64,000 nt of DNA, from contig JAYOBI010000007.1 in NCBI GenBank assembly GCA_038104735.1, positions 9,780-73,779 of the forward strand, given 5' to 3'. The notes under the pieces were generated by a model. That model was not told the origin of the DNA, did not search any database, and worked only from the letters and a program-made list of their open reading frames with translations. A program made the position numbers and the translations under genes. The first letter of the stretch is position 1. Each line of letters starts with the position of its first letter. The DNA is from Gammaproteobacteria bacterium. Lineage in GTDB: Bacteria; Pseudomonadota; Gammaproteobacteria; Pseudomonadales; Azotimanducaceae. Below are positions 8,843 through 18,592 of the stretch, piece after piece.

Positions 8843-10342
8843 CTACTCCATGACGGGAATATTGAAGGCTGCGCTCTGGGTCTCACCATCCGGCCAACGC
8901 TGGGTTACGGTCTTGGTTTGGGTGTAAAAACGCACGCCCTCCATCCCGTGTTGATTTGCATCACCGAAAGCCGAGCGTTTCCAGCCGCCAAAGCTGTGAT
9001 AGGCCACGGGTACTGGAATCGGAACGTTAATGCCGACCATGCCCACGTTCACGCGTTGGGCAAATTCCCGGGCAGCACCACCGCTGCGAGTGAAAATGGC
9101 GACACCGTTGCCGTACTGATGTTTGGAGGGTAGCTCCAAGGCCCCCTCAAAAGAATCCTCTCGCAACACTTGAAGAACCGGGCCAAAAATCTCGTCCTGA
9201 TAGCTACGCATGCTTGGTTTTACGCGATCGAATAGGGTGGGTCCGACGTAGAAGCCGTTTTCATAGCCCTGGAGCGAGAAGTTCCGGCCGTCGACGACCA
9301 GTTCTGCGCCTTCATCTACACCCATTTGAATGTAGTCTTCCACGCGCTGTTTATGTGCTGCGGTAACGACGGGGCCATAGTCCGCGGCGGGATCTGTGGA
9401 AATGCCGACGTTGAGCTTGCCTAACTCACCGGTCATCGCCTCCACGAAACGGTCACCGGTTTCGTCGCCGACGGCAACCACCGTTGATAGGGCCATACAG
9501 CGCTCACCGGCGGAGCCGTAAGCTGCTCCGGTGATGTCCTGTACCGCCTGCTGCATGTCCGCATCTGGCAGAATGATGCCGTGATTTTTTGCACCGCCCA
9601 TGGCTTGGACTCGCTTACCCTGGACCGCGCAGCCTTGATAGACGTAGTGGGCAATGTCAGAGGAGCCGACAAAACTAACCGCGCGAATATCCGGGTGATT
9701 GATAATGCCGTCTACGGCCTCTTTGTCACCGTTAACGACGTTAAGCACGCCAGCGGGTGCACCGGCCTCCATCATGAGCTCAGCCAAGCGCATGGGTACA
9801 CCGGGATCTTTCTCCGAAGGTTTCAGGACGAAGGTGCAGCCGGTTGCAATGGCGACACCGAACATCCACATAGGAATCATCGCGGGGAAATTGAAAGGAG
9901 TGATGCCCGCTGCGACGCCAACGGGTTGACGCATGCTATACACATCGATGCCTGGTCCTGCCCCCGGGGTGTACTCGCCTTTGAGCAAATGGGGAACGCC
10001 ACAAGCGAACTCGATGACATCCAGCCCCCGTTGAATATCGCCCAGAGAATCTGCCAACACCTTGCCATGTTCCTCGGACAAAATTTGCGCTAACTCGTTG
10101 GCATTGGCTTCCACCAGGCTTTTGAAGTTGAACAGGACCCGCGCACGACGTTGAGGATTCATGGCGGACCATTCCGGCAGCGCCGCTTTTGCGGCCGTAA
10201 CAGCGTCGTTGAGTTCGTCGCCGGTGGCCAGCATTACCGACCCTGAAACTTCTCCCGTGCTTGGGTTGAAAATATCGCTGCTGCGTCCGGAGGCGCCTTG
10301 GACAACCTGCCCATTGATGAAGTGTTGATAAGATTTGCTCAT
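8843..10342 (-). CDS. mmsA: CoA-acylating (methyl)malonate-semialdehyde dehydrogenase
   Basis: GITPFNFPAMIP, KPSEKDP, GGAKNH, GERCMA, EIFGPV, VGINVPIPVP. ATG at 10342 chosen. Confidence 0.93.
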   Translation of the reverse strand: MSKSYQHFINGQVVQGASGRSSDIFNPSTGEVSGSVMLATGDELNDAVTAAKAALPEWSAMNPQRRARVLFNFKSLVEANANELAQILSEEHGKVLADSLGDIQRGLDVIEFACGVPHLLKGEYTPGAGPGIDVYSMRQPVGVAAGITPFNFPAMIPMWMFGVAIATGCTFVLKPSEKDPGVPMRLAELMMEAGAPAGVLNVVNGDKEAVDGIINHPDIRAVSFVGSSDIAHYVYQGCAVQGKRVQAMGGAKNHGIILPDADMQQAVQDITGAAYGSAGERCMALSTVVAVGDETGDRFVEAMTGELGKLNVGISTDPAADYGPVVTAAHKQRVEDYIQMGVDEGAELVVDGRNFSLQGYENGFYVGPTLFDRVKPSMRSYQDEIFGPVLQVLREDSFEGALELPSKHQYGNGVAIFTRSGGAAREFAQRVNVGMVGINVPIPVPVAYHSFGGWKRSAFGDANQHGMEGVRFYTQTKTVTQRWPDGETQSAAFNIPVME

Positions 10343-10456
10343 AGTCCCCTCGTGTTCCAGCGGTTTCAAACGGTAATCAAAAGTTAGCGGCAAACAGTTT
10401 ATGCTTAGATCACCTGCAAATGCATCTTGACTGCCAAAAACTGCTGGGGAGGGTTT

Positions 10457-11431
10457 GTGAACAAGACAAAACTTCGGGTAGCGCTAACGCGACGATGGCC
10501 CGAACCCGTTGAGCAGGCCCTGAGTCAGGATTTTGATCTGCGAGTTATGCCGGATAACCGCGCTATGAGCGCCGATGAACTGAGTGATGCCTTGGCCTGG
10601 GCCGACGTGCTTTGCCCAACGGTAACCGATGCTATCACCGCTGAACTGCTGGCCGCGCCTGCTGTGAACGCCAAACTACTGGCGAATTTCGGTGTGGGTT
10701 TTAATCACATTGATGTGGCTGCTGCGAGCCAAGCGGGGATTTGCGTCACCAACACCCCCGGTGTGCTGACCGATGCGACCGCCGAGATAGCCCTGACGCT
10801 ACTGCTCGCCAGCGCTCGTCGAGCCAGTGAAGGCGAGCGTTTAGTGCGCTCTGGGGCATGGTCAGGCTGGCACCCAACTCACATGCTATCGACCCAGGTG
10901 ACGGGTAAAACTCTTGGGGTCATCGGGCTCGGTCGTATCGGCCTAGCGTTTGCTCGCCAGGCCCACTTTGGGCTGGGGATGCAGGTGCTTTATCACGGAC
11001 CCAATCCGCGAAGCGCCGAAGTGCTCGACGGGCTGCCAGCACAATATTGCGGTTTAGACGAACTGCTCGATCAGTCCGACTTCGTCAGCCTGCATTGTCC
11101 AGCGACACCCCAGACCCGTCATCTGATCAACGGCGACACCCTGAAATTGATGAAGCCTGATGCACACCTCATCAATACTGCTCGGGGGGATATCGTAAAC
11201 GAGGCCCATTTGGTTACGGCGCTGGCTGAGGGGGTGATTGCCGGCGCTGGGTTAGACGTATACGAGCGAGAGCCTGAATTGACACCGGGCCTGGCACAGC
11301 TGGACAACGTAGTCCTGCTGCCGCATATGGGCAGCGGTACTACTCAAACTCGCATAGCCATGGGTGAGTGCGCTATGGACAACATACGCGCATTTGCCGC
11401 AGGTGAGTCGCTGCCGAATCAAGTAGGCTAG
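10457..11431 (+). CDS. D-isomer 2-hydroxyacid dehydrogenase (glyoxylate/hydroxypyruvate reductase-like)
   Basis: TNTPGVLTDATAE, GLGRIG, INTARG, GLDVYERE, PHMGS; GTG at 10457 follows GGAGG. Confidence 0.9.
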   Translation: MNKTKLRVALTRRWPEPVEQALSQDFDLRVMPDNRAMSADELSDALAWADVLCPTVTDAITAELLAAPAVNAKLLANFGVGFNHIDVAAASQAGICVTNTPGVLTDATAEIALTLLLASARRASEGERLVRSGAWSGWHPTHMLSTQVTGKTLGVIGLGRIGLAFARQAHFGLGMQVLYHGPNPRSAEVLDGLPAQYCGLDELLDQSDFVSLHCPATPQTRHLINGDTLKLMKPDAHLINTARGDIVNEAHLVTALAEGVIAGAGLDVYEREPELTPGLAQLDNVVLLPHMGSGTTQTRIAMGECAMDNIRAFAAGESLPNQVG

Positions 11432-11459
11432 AGCTGCAGAGCAAAGGGAGAGACAAAAC

Positions 11460-11939
11460 ATGGGCACGATAGTGCAACTTAAAGAAGCTGTTATCGAAGA
11501 CTATGGTCGCCGGCCCTTGTGGATGAGCCTGATTTTTTATTTCTGCGTATATATGACGTTCATCTACATGCCCTTTGATATGTTTGTGAAGCCCGTTGCC
11601 GAAGACCATGAAATTTGGTTCGGATTTTCTTTAACGGGTTGGTGGGCAAAGGCGACGGAACCTCTGCACTGGCTGATTTACGGTTTTGGCGCCTATGGAT
11701 TTCGTCATATGAAACCATGGATGTGGCCGTGGGCAGGGGTTTACGCCGCTCAGGTTGTGATTGCCATGGTGGTGTGGAATTTGGTGAATGAGCGAGGCGG
11801 CGGACTCTCTGCAGGTATCATTGCGGGGCTGATTTTCGCCGTGCCCATGGCTGCGCTGTTGGGCGCACGCAGCACCTTTCAACCGGCGTCGCAAAACCAT
11901 GTATCCACAGCAAATCACCCAGGAGGATCCAATGAGTGA
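11460..11939 (+). CDS. Hypothetical 4-TM, Trp-rich membrane protein
   Basis: 159 aa with several hydrophobic helices; sits between the hydroxyacid dehydrogenase and the DDN-family gene. Confidence 0.65.
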   Translation: MGTIVQLKEAVIEDYGRRPLWMSLIFYFCVYMTFIYMPFDMFVKPVAEDHEIWFGFSLTGWWAKATEPLHWLIYGFGAYGFRHMKPWMWPWAGVYAAQVVIAMVVWNLVNERGGGLSAGIIAGLIFAVPMAALLGARSTFQPASQNHVSTANHPGGSNE

Positions 11940-12354
11940 AGACACAACGCTGCCAGATTGGGCGGCAGATCACATGCAACGATATCTGCAGACCGATGGC
12001 GAAGACGGACACATTTGGCGCGGGGTACCAACGCTGCTGCTCACCACCACCGGACGCACCAGCGGCAAACCACGAATGTTGCCCCTAATTTACGGCAAGG
12101 ATGGGGATGATCATATTATCGTCGCCTCAAAAGGTGGGCATGCCGAGCACCCCGCTTGGTATACGAACATAGCAGCCAATGGCGCCGTTCAGGTTCAGGT
12201 TGCTGCAGATAAGTTCGCCGCCGCTGCGGAACTCGTGCAGGGAGCAGAACGTAGTCGTATTTGGCAGGTCATGGCGGAGATTTGGCCCCCCTACAATGAG
12301 TATCAAGAGAAAACCGATCGCGAGATTCCTGTGGTAAGACTGCGACGACAATAA
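11932..12354 (+). CDS. Deazaflavin (F420H2)-dependent oxidoreductase, Ddn/FDOR-A family
   Basis: LLLTTTGRTSGKPR, VASKGG...P.WY.N, YQEKTDREIPVV; AGGAGG RBS at 11921. Confidence 0.88.
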   Translation: MSEDTTLPDWAADHMQRYLQTDGEDGHIWRGVPTLLLTTTGRTSGKPRMLPLIYGKDGDDHIIVASKGGHAEHPAWYTNIAANGAVQVQVAADKFAAAAELVQGAERSRIWQVMAEIWPPYNEYQEKTDREIPVVRLRRQ

Positions 12355-12361
12355 CCGCTGC

Positions 12362-12715
12362 TTAGGGTTCTTTCTGATTCCAAAGAATCGTTCCCACAAT
12401 GCATAGCACCACGACTTGCACCGCTGCGGCCCACAGCGGTGCGCCCACAAGAGGCGTAATGATCGCCAGAACCAGCATCGACGCGGTTGCTATCACTTTG
12501 CTGCGCCGCGATATGGCCCGGTGGGTTTGCCAGTCGTGAATCGGCGGACCTAGGGTCGGGTGATTCAATAGCCAGCTGTGGATCTTTTCTGATCCGCGGC
12601 TAAAGCACACCGCAGCCAGCAGCAAAAAGGGCGTGGTCGGCAGCAGCGGTAAGGCAATGCCGAGTACGCCCAAACCCACGAACAGCCAGCCAAAACCGAT
12701 CCACAAAAATCGCAA
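12362..12715 (-). CDS. YbaN/DUF454 inner membrane protein
   Basis: GIALPLLPTTPFLLLAAVCFSRGS...WLLNHPTLGP. Confidence 0.88.
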   Translation of the reverse strand: MRFLWIGFGWLFVGLGVLGIALPLLPTTPFLLLAAVCFSRGSEKIHSWLLNHPTLGPPIHDWQTHRAISRRSKVIATASMLVLAIITPLVGAPLWAAAVQVVVLCIVGTILWNQKEP

Positions 12716-13033
12716 CGTCGTGACCCTTTCTCAGTATCTTGTCAGCACGAGACTAGCAGGGTTGGCCGCGGTTATTGAGCTTGCTTTTCACTGGCTGGTA
12801 AAGACGCCGTTTTTACTCAAGTACCGCCAAAGCGAAAGAAGCGCGCCGAGTTAATGACAGATGAGGTTTTCTTAGTTGCACCCTCGCTGGGGAGGACGTA
12901 ACGTTCGAGTGCTGTGTTTGGAGGGGTGCAGTGTAGATTCGAAAAACCAACGACCGTTGGGGCCCCTATTTTCACCGCGCGCTCGCCGGCATCACCAAAG
13001 GCCAGCGTTACCATTGAAAAACAGGAGGCCAAT

Positions 13034-14305
13034 ATGAATTTCGATATCCCCCAAGACCTGCAAGATTACTTGAACGAACTCGACGAGTTTATCGAGAACA
13101 CCATCAAGCCCCTGGAGAACGCGGATGACAACATTCGTTTCTTTGATCATCGACGGGAGGATGCGCGGACGGACTGGGAGCGGGGTGGATTGCCCAACGA
13201 GGAGTGGGAGGCCCTGCTGGCCAAAGCGAAACGCCTGGCTGACGAAGCAGGCCACTATCGTTATCCCTTGCCAAAGGAATACGGAGGCAAAGAAGGCACT
13301 AACTTGGGCATGGCCATCATTCGCGAGCATTTCGCAGCGATGGGTCTTGGTCTGCACAACGATCTACAGAATGAACATTCCATCGTTGGCAACAACGTCG
13401 GTCTGTTGTTAATGATCGAATACGGTACCGATGAGCAAAAAGCCGAATGGATTGATGATCTTGCTGAGGGCAGAGCGGGGTTTGCTTTCGGTATTACTGA
13501 GCCCGATCACGGTTCTGATGCCACTCACATGGAGACTACGGCGGTTCGCGACGGCGATGAATGGATTATCAATGGCTCCAAAACTTGGAACACCGGCATC
13601 CACAAAGCCAAGCACGATTTGATTTTCGCCCGTACCAGCGGCAAGGCCGGCGATGGCGACGGTATCACCGCTTTTTTGACGCCTACCAATAGTGAGGGGT
13701 TCAAGGTCGAGGAAATGCTTTGGACGTTCAATATGCCCACCGATCACGGCACCATCACCATGAAAGACGTCCGGGTGCCCCACGAATCAATTTTTGGCGG
13801 CGAAGGCCGGGGGCTCGGTGTAGTACAGCACTTTTTCAACGAAAACCGCATTCGTCAGGCCGCATCGTCTCTGGGTGCCGCTCAGTTTTGCCTCAACGAA
13901 TCCATCGAATACGCCAAGCATCGCGCGCCTTTCGGCAAGCCGCTATCCACCAATCAGGGCATCCAGTTCCCGCTAGTAGAACTGCAGACCCAATGCGAGA
14001 TGCTGCGAGCCCTCATTCACAAGACCGCATGGCAAATGGATACCTATGGTGCGTTTTCGGTGTCCGACAAGGTATCCATGTGCAACTACTGGGCCAATCG
14101 CCTTTGCTGCGAGGCCGCGGATCGAGCAATGCAGGTCCACGGCGGCTTGGGGTACAGCCGTCACAAGCCGTTTGAGCATATTTACCGCCATCACCGGCGT
14201 TACCGGATTACCGAAGGTGCAGAAGAAATTCAAATGCGTCGGGTCGCAGGGTATCTCTTTGGGTTCATGGGCCAGCGCGCACCAAAGGGTGTCAAGGAGG
14301 GCTAG
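13034..14305 (+). CDS. Acyl-CoA dehydrogenase
   Basis: ITEPDHGSDA, NGSKTWNT, FGKPL, QVHGGLG, RITEGA; AGGAGG RBS before ATG at 13034. Confidence 0.92.
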   Translation: MNFDIPQDLQDYLNELDEFIENTIKPLENADDNIRFFDHRREDARTDWERGGLPNEEWEALLAKAKRLADEAGHYRYPLPKEYGGKEGTNLGMAIIREHFAAMGLGLHNDLQNEHSIVGNNVGLLLMIEYGTDEQKAEWIDDLAEGRAGFAFGITEPDHGSDATHMETTAVRDGDEWIINGSKTWNTGIHKAKHDLIFARTSGKAGDGDGITAFLTPTNSEGFKVEEMLWTFNMPTDHGTITMKDVRVPHESIFGGEGRGLGVVQHFFNENRIRQAASSLGAAQFCLNESIEYAKHRAPFGKPLSTNQGIQFPLVELQTQCEMLRALIHKTAWQMDTYGAFSVSDKVSMCNYWANRLCCEAADRAMQVHGGLGYSRHKPFEHIYRHHRRYRITEGAEEIQMRRVAGYLFGFMGQRAPKGVKEG

Positions 14306-14307
14306 CC

Positions 14308-15744
14308 TTGAGCCTATCGCATAGCGAACTGACCGAGGCTCTGGAAGCCCTGCTGCCCCGCGTGATTGATGATTGCCAGCAGCTGCTGCGGCTGGAGCGG
14401 TTGTCCGGCGGGGCGAGCCAAGAGACCTACAGGATTGTTATTCAGGGGGTCCACGGAGAACGCCTGCTTGCCATGCGCCGGGCCGCAGGTGGCGAAGAAG
14501 GGGAAATCACCGCTCAGCATCCTGGACTGGCGGTGGAGGCGAAATTGATGCAGGTGGCCAGAGACCACGGTGTGCCTGAACCCGAGGTGTTTCACGTTTT
14601 GCAACCTGAAGACGGGATCGGCGCTGGTTTCATCATGGAGTGGCTGGAAGGCGAGGCCTTAGGGGCTCGCATCGTCAAAGCCCCAGAACTAGCGCAAATT
14701 CGTCCTCATCTGGCGCGAATGTTCGGAGAAACCCTGGCGCGCATCCACGGCATTGACCTTGAAGTTAGCGGCTTAAAGCAGCACCTCCAGCACTTGAGCC
14801 CTGAGGATTATGTGCAACAAACCTGGGAGCGTTACCAGGCTTATGAGACTCCCCAGCCAATGATTGATTTCACTGCTCGCTGGCTGTTGGACCACTTGCC
14901 AAAGAGCTACACGCCGAGCCTGGTGCACAACGACTATCGCAATGGCAACGTCATGGTAGACGCCTCGGGGATGGTGGCGGTATTGGACTGGGAGGTAGCC
15001 CACATCGGCGATCCCATGCGTGATTTGGGCTGGATGTTGTGTCACTCCTGGCGTTTCGGCCGTGCTCATTTACCCGTGGGTGGTTTTGGTCAAGCGGAGG
15101 ATTTTTTCGCCGGTTACGAATCCGTATCAGGCCAACCAGTGGACCGAGAAGCGGTGAAGTTTTGGCAGGTTTTCGGGTCGTTCTGGTGGGCGGTTGGGTG
15201 CCTGGGCATGGCTGAGCACTTCCGTAATGGGCCAGATCAGAGCGTGGAACGGCCCGGCATTGGCCGGCGCTCCTCCGAGTGCCAAGTGGATTGCGTTAAT
15301 CTGCTGATTCCTGGCCCCGTAGTATTAGTGTCAGGTGATGACGATATAAGCCTTGTTGATATGCCTCGGGCTGATGAACTATTGAGCAGCGTGGTGACAT
15401 TCCTCCGCGAGCAGGTGATGAGCGAAACCCAGGGGCGTACGCAGTTCTTAGCGCGGGTAGCCAGCAACTCCCTGGAAATCGTAGAGCGTGAGATGGTCTT
15501 AGGCAGCGCTGCGGCTAAGGCTGAAATCCAGCGCTTGCGAGCCTTGTGCAATAGCGATGCAGACCAACTGCAAAGCCTTCGCTGGTCGTTGGTAAAACAG
15601 CTGCGTGACGGCAGCATGGCGCTGGAGACGCCGGGTTTGGCAGACCATCTGCGTGGGGCCATCGTCAATCAAATTGCCATTGACCAGCCCCGATACCCCG
15701 GTTTGGCCACCGCACTAGAGGCCGCTTCAGCGCTAACCTCGTAA
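14308..15744 (+). CDS. APH-family phosphotransferase fused to a DUF6285/LvaB-like C-terminal domain
   Basis: LSGGASQET, VHNDYRNGN (HxDxxxxN), VLDWE, GDPMRDLGW; C-terminal helical domain from 15361 (MPRADELL...IAIDQPRY). Confidence 0.85.
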   Translation: MSLSHSELTEALEALLPRVIDDCQQLLRLERLSGGASQETYRIVIQGVHGERLLAMRRAAGGEEGEITAQHPGLAVEAKLMQVARDHGVPEPEVFHVLQPEDGIGAGFIMEWLEGEALGARIVKAPELAQIRPHLARMFGETLARIHGIDLEVSGLKQHLQHLSPEDYVQQTWERYQAYETPQPMIDFTARWLLDHLPKSYTPSLVHNDYRNGNVMVDASGMVAVLDWEVAHIGDPMRDLGWMLCHSWRFGRAHLPVGGFGQAEDFFAGYESVSGQPVDREAVKFWQVFGSFWWAVGCLGMAEHFRNGPDQSVERPGIGRRSSECQVDCVNLLIPGPVVLVSGDDDISLVDMPRADELLSSVVTFLREQVMSETQGRTQFLARVASNSLEIVEREMVLGSAAAKAEIQRLRALCNSDADQLQSLRWSLVKQLRDGSMALETPGLADHLRGAIVNQIAIDQPRYPGLATALEAASALTS

Positions 15745-15876
15745 GCCTCAGCAATTGGCCGAGAACGCTCCGCTCCTGCATCGAGGCAAAACGCCCATAG
15801 AAACAGCGAAGCCGAAAAGGCGACAGACAAGACTACAAACAAGACCACAAACAGATAACAGATAGAGGGACATAGG

Positions 15877-16680
15877 ATGGGAGCACTATCAGACAAAGTA
15901 GCAGTAATTACCGGCGGTATTAGCGGTCTGGGACGAGCCAGCGCCCTTCGCTATGCGGCAGAAGGGGCGCAAGTTGTTGTGGCAGACATCAACGCTGAGC
16001 GCGGCGCCAAAGCTGCAGCGGAAATGTCGGCAGAGGGGGGGCACGTCGAGTTCGTTCAGGTAGATGTGACCTCACAAGCCAGTCAGGAGGCGCTGTTTGC
16101 CGAGGTAGTAGAGCGGTTCGGGCGGGTGGACACCGTATTGGCGGCGGCGGGGGTTTCATCCTCTGGGTACGTCAGCGGTGAGGTTAGTGAAGTCGAAGCC
16201 GACCCCGAGGAGCGTATGTTTCACAATCGCGAATTAGCGGATTGGGAAAAGGTCATGGCGGTGAACGTAACGGGCGTGATGCTGACCAATCAGATCGCAA
16301 TCCGGCACATGTTGGCAAAGCAGACCCACGGTACCATTGTGAACATTGCCTCCATCGCCGGGCGCCGTCCTTTGCCTGGGGCCTCGGACTACTGCGTCTC
16401 TAAAGCCGCGGTCATCATGCTGACTCAGACTGTTGCTGCTGAGTACAGCACCAGCAACATCCGCGTAAACGCTATCGGTCCGGGTTTTATCGAGACGCCA
16501 ATGACGGCAAATATTCGGCAGTCGCCGGAGTGGATGGAAACGGTTATGTCCATGACGCCTATGCAGCGCATGGGTCAAGCCCACGAAATTGCTAGTACCG
16601 CGTTGTTTTTGGCCAGCGCCGAATCAAGCTACTTCAACGGTCAAACTCTGTTTCCCAATGGGGGCATGTTTGTCGGCTAG
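15877..16680 (+). CDS. Short-chain dehydrogenase/reductase
   Basis: ITGGISGLG, NIAS, YCVSK, NAIGPGFIET. Confidence 0.9.
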   Translation: MGALSDKVAVITGGISGLGRASALRYAAEGAQVVVADINAERGAKAAAEMSAEGGHVEFVQVDVTSQASQEALFAEVVERFGRVDTVLAAAGVSSSGYVSGEVSEVEADPEERMFHNRELADWEKVMAVNVTGVMLTNQIAIRHMLAKQTHGTIVNIASIAGRRPLPGASDYCVSKAAVIMLTQTVAAEYSTSNIRVNAIGPGFIETPMTANIRQSPEWMETVMSMTPMQRMGQAHEIASTALFLASAESSYFNGQTLFPNGGMFVG

Positions 16681-17687
16681 GACGAAAATGCATCCACGTA
16701 GGCGCTGAGGCTGGCGCTGCCGCCAGTGTGGATCAAAATTACGTCGTCTAAATGGTTAAGGTTGCCCAAGTTGATTTGATCGATTAGGGCGGCCAGGGCC
16801 TTACCGGAATACACTGGATCAAACAGCAGTCCCTCCAGCTGGGCCGCCATTCTGATAGCCCCAATACAGGCATCGGTGGGTTGCCCGTAAGCGTCGCCGA
16901 AGTAGGCATGGTTGATTTGCACGTCAAAGGGCAACTGCAATTCGACATCCGGCAAGCGCTGAGTCATTTTGTTGGCAAGAGATAAGACCCGGTCTTTCAA
17001 GGTTTGCGGATCCGGGTGGAATACGTTGATACCCAAAATATTTGTGTTCATGCCTAAGGCGCTGCGCCCAAAGACCAAACCCGTTTGCGTACCCGCACTG
17101 GCTGATGCATGGATGATAAGGTCAGCGCTCACGCCCTGATCATTGCATTGGCTTGCCAGTTCGTGGAGACACCGGGTGTAACCTAAAGCGCCAATAGCAC
17201 TGGAGCCGCCGGCGGGAATTTCGTAAACCCGATGCCCATCGCTGCGCAGCTTTTCCAGTAGATCTTTGCGAACCGTGTCGGCATCCTCGACAGAACCGGT
17301 ATGCACGACGGCGCCCAGCAATTCATCCAGCAGCACGTTACCCTGACGCTGATAGCTCTCGTAGGGCCATTCAACACGCTGACTTAGAAGCAAATGGCAG
17401 GGTAGGCCAAGCTTGGCGCAGGCCGCCGCGGTTTGGCGTGCGTGATTCGATTGAATGGCACCATAAGTCACAATACAGGTGGCATTCTGATCCAGAGCAT
17501 CCGCCATCAGGTACTCGAGTTTGCGGGTCTTGTTGCCCCCAGTAGCCAATCCCGTGCAGTCGTCGCGTTTCAGCCAAATATTTGGCCCGCCAAGTTCATG
17601 GCTTAAGCGCTTGAGAGGCTCCAGCGGCGTTGGGCCGTGCCCCAGAGAAATCCTGGGGACTCGGTCTAACCAGTTCAATTCGTTCAT
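16677..17687 (-). CDS. dcyD: D-cysteine desulfhydrase / ACC deaminase family PLP enzyme
   Basis: KRDDCTGLATGGNKTRKLEY (PLP Lys), QSNHAR, DPVYSGKA, HTGG; ATG at 17687 overlaps the pfkB-family stop. Confidence 0.85.
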   Translation of the reverse strand: MNELNWLDRVPRISLGHGPTPLEPLKRLSHELGGPNIWLKRDDCTGLATGGNKTRKLEYLMADALDQNATCIVTYGAIQSNHARQTAAACAKLGLPCHLLLSQRVEWPYESYQRQGNVLLDELLGAVVHTGSVEDADTVRKDLLEKLRSDGHRVYEIPAGGSSAIGALGYTRCLHELASQCNDQGVSADLIIHASASAGTQTGLVFGRSALGMNTNILGINVFHPDPQTLKDRVLSLANKMTQRLPDVELQLPFDVQINHAYFGDAYGQPTDACIGAIRMAAQLEGLLFDPVYSGKALAALIDQINLGNLNHLDDVILIHTGGSASLSAYVDAFSS

Positions 17688-18592
17688 AAATCGGTACCCA
17701 GTTCGTAGGTTTGCGAACCTTGTCGGGCCAGGCAATGAGCTGCCTGTCGGTTGCCTGCGCGAATGATGCTATTTATGTTTTTGTACCAATCGCCTTTTCC
17801 AGCCTTGTCCAGCGCTATCAGCAGTTCGGGCAGGATGCCCGCCGCGAAGGCATCGCCGCACCCGGTGGGGTCCACGTGCTTGGCCGGGGGCACCGGCAGC
17901 GTACGCTGACTACCGTCAGGCAGTAAAGCTCGAACGGGTCGCGGGCCATTGGTTTCGATACTCACCCGGTTCGTCAGACTCTGCGGCGCGATGTTGCGAA
18001 TGTGGCCTATTTCATGACTATTGCCGATGATGACATCACTGAGCGCAGCGCAGGTCACTAGGGTCTGGGAATCTAAAGTGTCAGCGTATTGACCCGGCAT
18101 CCAAACCGTCAGGGTCTCGGGGTTGCGCCGCCGCGCTTCACGGAGCGCAAGGCTCATTAGCTCTTGAGGAAACGGTGCACAAACAAAAATGGATAACGCT
18201 TCCAAGGGCTGATTATTCAAATGCACTTGCCAAGTGTCTGGGTCAATTTGGGGCCCCGGCGCAAACGCTGTGAATTGCTGGCCTTCAGGGTCCGTAATGA
18301 TGGTTGCCCGGGCACATTGGGCGCCGGAAATCACCAAGATGCCGCTGAGGTCTAAGTCCAAATGCTGGGCATAGCGCCGAAAGTCGTCCCCCCCAGCGCT
18401 TGAGACGACTACCCCGGGCGTTTGTTGCTGGGCGAGTCCGTAGGCAATGTTGCCTGCGCAGCCGCCGAAAAATTCTTGCTGGGCGGTAACTTTGCAATTA
18501 AGGCCAGGGCCGTCAGGCCCGAAAACCTTGTCGGTTCTCGCGATTTGATCGTAGGCCAGCGCGCCCATGACGGCTATCCGAGACTCAATCAT
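17684..18592 (-). CDS. PfkB-family carbohydrate/nucleoside kinase (adenosine kinase-like)
   Basis: GGCAGNIA and VDPTGCGDAF PfkB signatures. Confidence 0.85.
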   Translation of the reverse strand: MIESRIAVMGALAYDQIARTDKVFGPDGPGLNCKVTAQQEFFGGCAGNIAYGLAQQQTPGVVVSSAGGDDFRRYAQHLDLDLSGILVISGAQCARATIITDPEGQQFTAFAPGPQIDPDTWQVHLNNQPLEALSIFVCAPFPQELMSLALREARRRNPETLTVWMPGQYADTLDSQTLVTCAALSDVIIGNSHEIGHIRNIAPQSLTNRVSIETNGPRPVRALLPDGSQRTLPVPPAKHVDPTGCGDAFAAGILPELLIALDKAGKGDWYKNINSIIRAGNRQAAHCLARQGSQTYELGTDL

